A stretch of DNA of 64,000 bases. It comes from a virus. Its lineage: Duplodnaviria > Caudoviricetes. Positions 62,974 to 64,000 of the stretch are shown piece by piece (the first letter of the stretch is position 1; each line of letters opens with the position of its first letter). A model generated the notes under the pieces. It searched no databases and had not been told where the DNA came from. It saw only the letters and a list, made by a program, of their open reading frames with translations. The stretch is taken from positions 1-64,000 of the IMG/VR virus record IMGVR_UViG_3300025597_000009; one strand, 5' to 3'. The position numbers and the translations under genes are program-made.

Positions 62974-63044
62974 TTACCCAGGGAAGATTCGAACTCCCAC
63001 CAAGAGGACCAAAACCTCTTGTGCTACCATTACACCACCGGGTA
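62974..63044 (-). tRNA. tRNA-Gln (UUG)
   Basis: Acceptor TACCCGG/CTGGGTA, anticodon arm AGAGG-TTTTGGT-CCTCT, T-loop TTCGAAT. Confidence 0.92.
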
Positions 63045-63127
63045 GGGTTAATAAAGCAATCATTCAACTATTTTCGTAGTCATCATAGAGTTGTAGAAGT
63101 AAGTTGAATTTGGCCTTATTAATAAGA

Positions 63128-63200
63128 AAATCAGGTAATCCATACACTAATTTCAGTTTACCAATCTGTTTTTAGAAGTAAGTGTGTGTTGACCTGATCT
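63128..63200 (-). ncRNA. Y-RNA-like RNA, minimal
   Basis: AGATCAGGT-C-AA-CACACACT-TACTTCTAAAAAC...AGTGTATG-GA-TT-ACCTGATTT. Confidence 0.75.
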
Positions 63201-63202
63201 TG

Positions 63203-63275
63203 TGAGACCTACAGGATTTGAACCTGTAACCTTCTCATTAAAAGTGAGAAGCTCTACCAATTGAGCTAAGGCCTC
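63203..63275 (-). tRNA. tRNA-Lys (UUU)
   Basis: Acceptor GAGGCCT/AGGTCTC, anticodon arm TCTCA-CTTTTAA-TGAGA. Confidence 0.92.
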
Positions 63276-63361
63276 AGGAAACTCATCTAATTCAAAGAAA
63301 AAGATGAGTAAGCATCTTGTATGAGAAAAAAAACTAATCGGGTTTACCAGTTAAATGGTAG

Positions 63362-63435
63362 TAGGAATACCTGGACTTGAACCAGGGGCCTCAACATTAT
63401 CAGTGTTGTACTCTAACCAACTGAGCTATATTCCT
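63362..63435 (-). tRNA. tRNA-Ile (GAU)
   Basis: Acceptor AGGAATA/TATTCCT, anticodon arm CAACA-CTGATAA-TGTTG. Confidence 0.92.
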
Positions 63436-63504
63436 AGATTTTGTGCATAAATATTCCCCAATACCTATGCACATGTCCTTTTAGTTAACGTCCATTATAA
63501 TGGG

Positions 63505-63578
63505 TAGTGGGTGAGAGGCTCGAACTCCCAACTTCCTGCTTAGAAGGCAGGATTTCTATCCAATTGAATTAACCCACC
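63505..63578 (-). tRNA. tRNA-Arg (UCU)
   Basis: Acceptor GGTGGGT/ACCCACT, anticodon arm CCTGC-CTTCTAA-GCAGG. Confidence 0.9.
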
Positions 63579-63638
63579 AGAAAAAAAACTCTTATAATTC
63601 AAGGTGTATATAAGAGTCTTGTTCACCGTAACTTGAGT

Positions 63639-63723
63639 TTAATCAGGCAATCTACCTGCTAAGTCAAATCCCTATTTTGATGCCTATGCAGGCTAGAAGT
63701 AAGCTAGGTATTGGCCTGATTAA
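63639..63723 (-). ncRNA. Y-RNA-like RNA
   Basis: TTAATCAGGC-C-AA-TACCTAGCT-TACTTCT...AGCAGGTA-GA-TT-GCCTGATTAA; has a compensatory C-G where the other copies have U-A. Confidence 0.72.
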
Positions 63724-63798
63724 TTCATTGAATAACAACTAATTGGGAGTAATTAGCTGTTTAACTATACTATCGTATCACACGCTCACCATGCAATA

Positions 63799-63806
63799 CA
63801 AAGATA
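63799..63806 (-). promoter_or_regulatory. Bacteroidota-type -7 promoter element upstream of the tRNA/ncRNA cluster
   Basis: TATCTTTG on the minus strand, ~75 nt before the first Y-like RNA. Confidence 0.5.
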
Positions 63807-63854
63807 ACCTAGTCTGGTTAGGGTTGATGCTCCTAATAACAAGAGTTGGTTAGT

Positions 63855-64000
63855 CTATTTTTCACCAAACCAGCTAACAATAACTGTACCTACTAATAGT
63901 ATAAACATCCAGGCTGCCATACCTTCTCTAAATTCAGTTGGCCATTGAGCTAATGTAAATGAACCCACATGAACGCATCCAATCAATAGGAGGCAAAGCA
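63855..64000 (-). CDS. 3' end of a small membrane protein (truncated by window edge)
   Basis: ...LCLLLIGCVHVGSFTLAQWPTEFREGMAAWMFILLVGTVIVSWFGEK*. Confidence 0.4.
   Translation of the reverse strand, partial: LCLLLIGCVHVGSFTLAQWPTEFREGMAAWMFILLVGTVIVSWFGEK

Noticed and set aside
62720-63067. 115-aa ORF in the track
   Set aside because: It overlaps tRNA-Gln and two Y-like RNAs; its repeated NVTSKNF is just the translated RNA motif.
62767-63723. Repeated TTACTTCTAAAAAC as a CRISPR or mini-array repeat
   Set aside because: Spacing is irregular, tRNAs intervene, and the flanks covary as RNA stems; no cas genes are seen.
1-64000. Genome-wide stop-codon reassignment as in some crAss-like phages
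   Set aside because: Code 11 gives dense, intact genes, and TAG and TGA both end genes at tight junctions. Only one internal TAG was found.

Overview
AT-rich, gene-dense 64 kb segment of a large tailed dsDNA phage that probably infects Bacteroidota (TAnnTTTG promoter elements, Bacteroidota-type tyrosine integrase, crAss-like primase/helicase). The first ~2.2 kb (+ strand) is the end of a tail/late module. Almost everything else is on the minus strand. Genes: RNA ligase, a miniaturised leucyl-tRNA synthetase, MazG-like hydrolase, divergent uracil-DNA glycosylase, Tyr phosphatase, primase, recombinase, two helicases, family A DNA polymerase, GH73 hydrolase, integrase with a tRNA-Ser-derived attP, a MoxR-like AAA+/vWA pair, a WGR-PARP and a large RING/helical/TerD-like protein. 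There are also several arrays of small paralogous genes. Four group I introns with homing endonucleases split the recombinase (1), polA (2) and the AAA+ ATPase (1); I resolved their splice junctions by hand. Five tRNAs are present (Tyr, Gln, Lys, Ile, Arg). The most striking content is non-coding RNA at 58.2-63.7 kb. First, five covarying copies of a Y-RNA-like bulged-C helix: one carries a circularly permuted tRNA-like module and one forms the 5' leader of the RING-TerD gene. Second, two abutting homologous 290- and 428-nt structured RNAs with compensatory base changes and a conserved kissing/pseudoknot pairing, which I cannot assign to a known family. Third, a tRNA-like RNA lacking a normal anticodon arm; a second such RNA lies at 44.8 kb. 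Together these suggest a phage ribonucleoprotein system for RNA-damage or translation counter-defence. All family assignments come from motif recognition by eye; no searches were run.
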